Virus record (IMG/VR): IMGVR_UViG_3300012971_000040
Location: 1 to 37,894 of that record
Reading direction: 5' to 3' (one strand)
DNA length: 37,894 nt
From: a virus
Taxonomy: Duplodnaviria > Caudoviricetes
Each line of letters starts with the position of its first letter. Within the stretch, counting starts at the first letter, position 1. The notes under the pieces are model-generated. The model saw only the letters and a program-made list of their open reading frames with translations, ran no database searches and was not told the DNA's origin. Both the position numbers and the translations under genes were made by a program. Positions 35,421 through 37,894 of this stretch are shown here, piece by piece.

Positions 35421-35621
35421 ATGACGGAAGCGAGTGGAGAATCCTCCATCTGCGTCAACATCCGCTGGAAGGCCGGGCTCTGGGAACGAGTCAGCGGATT
35501 CGCGGAGGAGCACTCTCCGCGAATAACCAAGAACGCCGCCGTGAATCACCTAGTGGAACTCGGGCTGGCGGTCGCCGAGAATCGCGTGTCTGATATCATG
35601 AATAGGCATCCGGAATCGTAG
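35421..35621 (+). CDS. Arc/ribbon-helix-helix-like DNA-binding protein
   Basis: 66 aa; VNIRW (beta ribbon) then LWERVSGFAEE and TKNAAVNHLVELGL helices. Confidence 0.65.
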   Translation: MTEASGESSICVNIRWKAGLWERVSGFAEEHSPRITKNAAVNHLVELGLAVAENRVSDIMNRHPES

Positions 35622-35635
35622 AGAAGGGAAGGCGG

Positions 35636-35872
35636 ATGGCAAAGAGTGTGGTCATCGACCTCAGCGAGGCGATGGAGTGGTCGGCGACCTGCCGGAACGC
35701 TGATGAGACCATACGGTGCTCTTTCACCGGCTTCACCAGTGACGGTGAGGCCAAGGAGCACGCCGAGGCTGTGAATCGTATCTTCGGGCAGAACGGGGTG
35801 ACATGGGAGTTCTACCAGTCCACCCGTATCAAGCAGCACGGCCGGGCCGGGCGTCCCGGCAAGGACGAGTAA
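35636..35872 (+). CDS. Hypothetical protein
   Basis: 78 aa; purine-rich RBS. Confidence 0.55.
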   Translation: MAKSVVIDLSEAMEWSATCRNADETIRCSFTGFTSDGEAKEHAEAVNRIFGQNGVTWEFYQSTRIKQHGRAGRPGKDE

Positions 35873-35960
35873 CGGTGACCGGACGAGTCCCCCCGAAAAT
35901 CGTGATCGCGATATGCGCGTGCGCGTTGATTCTCGGCTACACGATCGGGCTCATCATTCC

Positions 35961-36113
35961 ATGACAGTGACTAGGACCACCTCGCCGAACCGCTGCCGGG
36001 GATGTTCGGCGAGGTGGTCCGGAACCATTCAGGCACACTGCACACGGTGTCACCGGACCTACCGTGATGCCGAGGCGTTCACCCGGCACCTATGCCGTCC
36101 CGTTCGACGATGA
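35961..36113 (+). CDS. Small phage Zn-binding protein
   Basis: CRGC..RW....AHCTRCHRTY....AF.RH; ATG 35961. Confidence 0.65.
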   Translation: MTVTRTTSPNRCRGCSARWSGTIQAHCTRCHRTYRDAEAFTRHLCRPVRR

Positions 36114-36589
36114 CCACGCCACCGAAGATCCTGCTCGTCACCGGGTCCCGGCGGTGGGACGACCGGGCCACGGTCGATACGGCGATCAGCGAGGCACTGA
36201 ACGTGCTGGGAGTGCCGGCCGGCCGAGTCGCGTTGGTCTGGGGCGGTGCGGCTGGGCTCGATCAGATGGCCGCCGCGATGGCGAAGCGCCGGGGGCTGCT
36301 GGTGCCGGCACCTCATCTGCCCGATTGGCGACAGCACGGGAGACAGGCGGGGATGCTGCGCAACCTGGCGATGGTCGAGTTCGTGGTCGGCCACAGCGAC
36401 CCGGCGCGGGATGCGGTGTGTGCCGCGTTCGCGCAGACCTGGGACTCGGGAACCGGGCACTGTGCGCGGGCGGCCCGGCGAGCTGGGATCCGCACCCGGG
36501 ACTACGGGGTCGACACCCGGGCACAGGCACGGGATCGGGGCGACGCGGTCCGACCCCCCGGAAGTCGATCTGTCAGGCCTGCTGGCTAG
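36110..36589 (+). CDS. SLOG-superfamily protein (YspA/DUF2493-like)
   Basis: ILLVTGSRRWDD, VWGGAAGLDQMA, PDWRQHGRQAGMLRNLAMV, GTGHC..AARRAGI. Confidence 0.85.
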   Translation: MTTPPKILLVTGSRRWDDRATVDTAISEALNVLGVPAGRVALVWGGAAGLDQMAAAMAKRRGLLVPAPHLPDWRQHGRQAGMLRNLAMVEFVVGHSDPARDAVCAAFAQTWDSGTGHCARAARRAGIRTRDYGVDTRAQARDRGDAVRPPGSRSVRPAG

Positions 36590-36930
36590 CGTGCGGGACA
36601 CCCCCATCCGGGGGTACCGCTACGTCCATCCAGAGGTGATCCGCGTCACGGGGTAATTCACCACCTACCGCCAGGCCGAGTGAGGTTTATACAGCACTCT
36701 GTGCCATAATGGCTGGTAACCGGGTTGGCTGCCCGGCTTATCACTCCGGTTCCGAGCGAGCATCGAAGTTTCACCATCGACACGAATGGAGGCGCGATGC
36801 GCCTATCTCGATTAGCCACTTCCCTTGACCATTCCCCCCGCTGTATGCTGGCTGCACATCGTGTCGATGTGAGCCAGCACCAGCCCCCGGTCCACGCATC
36901 GGGGGCTGAGTGCTGTTCGGGGTGTTTCCG

Positions 36931-37137
36931 GTGAGCGCCCGGACGCCACTGCAGGCCGGTGAGCGCGTCGCGTGGTCGCTTACCGGGCGGGCCGGGCACC
37001 TCGGCACCGTGGGCGCGGCCAACGGCGAGCGCGTCCGGATCCTCTGGGACGACGGGGTCACCGGCACCTTCGCCACAGGTCAGGCGCCGCTGCGCGTAGC
37101 CGAGTGGCGCGAGCTCATGTTGGGCGGTGCGCGATGA
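36931..37137 (+). CDS. Small SH3-like hypothetical protein
   Basis: LQAGERVAW...LGTV...VRILWDDG; GTG 36931 inferred. Confidence 0.55.
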   Translation: MSARTPLQAGERVAWSLTGRAGHLGTVGAANGERVRILWDDGVTGTFATGQAPLRVAEWRELMLGGAR

Positions 37138-37349
37138 CCGCCGCGGACGAGCGCTTAGCCGCACTCGACGCCGATCAGGCTGAGTGCTACCGGCTGATCC
37201 GGGAGCTGCTGGCGCAGCGCGTTGTCGGCGGGGTCGAGCCCGAGGAGTTGACCGGGCAGCTGGCGGACTTATGGGAGATCTCGGCGGCGTTGACCCGCCG
37301 GACGATCGAGACCTTCGCCGGCCGGCAAGCGCTGGCCTACGGGTGGTGA
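37134..37349 (+). CDS. Hypothetical helical protein
   Basis: ATGA overlap; 71 aa. Confidence 0.55.
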   Translation: MTAADERLAALDADQAECYRLIRELLAQRVVGGVEPEELTGQLADLWEISAALTRRTIETFAGRQALAYGW

Positions 37350-37355
37350 CGGGCG

Positions 37356-37894
37356 ATGAGCATTCAGGCCGTCACGTGGGCGCTTGAGCACGCTCCGGAC
37401 GTACCCGCGAACCTCGTCTCGACCCTCATCGGTCTGGCCAACCATGCCGGGCGAGACGGGCGAGGTAGCTACCCGAGCAACGAGACGCTGGCGACCTACA
37501 CGCGCAAGTCGGTCCGGCAGGTACAGCGCGACGTCGATCGGCTGACCGACCTCGGACTGATCCGGCCGGGCAATCCGGCGTTCGTCGCGCACATCCGACC
37601 TGATCAACGGCCGCAGGTGTGGGATCTCGCGATGGAGCGAGAACGGGGTGACACGTACGTCACCCCGTTCGAGAGTCACGGGGTGACACCGGTGACCGAA
37701 CGGGGTGACACCGGTGACGTGAACGGGGTGACACCCATGTCACCCGAACCGTCCTTAGGAACCAAAGGAAAGAACCAAAACATCTCCGATGCTGACGCAT
37801 CGGGCAACGACGCTGCCGCGCCGCCGCCGGACGACCCACCACAAGATCCGCAGTGCGAGGACGAAGACCTCTTCGCCTCCTGGCCTGAAGATCA
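37356..37894 (+). CDS. Phage replication initiator with N-terminal wHTH (partial; not in ORF track)
   Basis: MSIQAVTWALEHAP...LIGLANHA..DG..SYPS.ETLA.YT..SVRQVQRD...L..LGLI; open to the window end. Confidence 0.85.
   Translation, partial: MSIQAVTWALEHAPDVPANLVSTLIGLANHAGRDGRGSYPSNETLATYTRKSVRQVQRDVDRLTDLGLIRPGNPAFVAHIRPDQRPQVWDLAMERERGDTYVTPFESHGVTPVTERGDTGDVNGVTPMSPEPSLGTKGKNQNISDADASGNDAAAPPPDDPPQDPQCEDEDLFASWPED
37641..37746. repeat. Iterons / putative replication origin within the initiator gene
   Basis: ACGGGGTGACAC at 37643, 37678, 37700 and 37723, plus inverted GTCACCCCGTTC at 37659-37670. Confidence 0.8.

Noticed and set aside
36825-36849. TTGACC...TATGCT promoter
   Set aside because: The spacer is only 13 bp; not called without TSS data.
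1-37894. Integrase, att sites, IS elements, rtcB/rtcR, cognate restriction endonuclease
   Set aside because: None recognisable in this window; prophage versus free phage status cannot be determined here.

Overview
High-GC actinobacterial temperate siphophage/prophage segment. A leftward late operon runs from terminase (35179) through portal, Clp-type prohead protease, HK97-fold major capsid, a block of head-proximal fibre/lectin genes, connector/neck, two tail-tube-like genes, a -1 frameshifting tail chaperone, tape measure and minor tail genes to a lysis region. That region has an inverted amidase and a membrane protein with a PAS domain, which the ORF track misses. Rightward genes at the right end include an Arc/RHH-like regulator, a YspA-type SLOG protein and a replication initiator containing iterons. 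An ~8 kb accessory island (about 13.8-22.0 kb) splits the late operon. It carries a MazG-like gene, a C5 DNA methyltransferase with two overlapping frames both broken at one G8 tract, small genes behind a triplicated promoter/leader, and the main finding. That finding is a promoter followed by four tandem Y-RNA-like ncRNAs (three with circularly permuted tRNA modules), an AlkB-family dioxygenase, a small ORF and a Ro60/TROVE protein, i.e. a candidate phage RNA-surveillance/repair or tRNA-decoy operon. All assignments come from reading motifs by eye; no searches were run.
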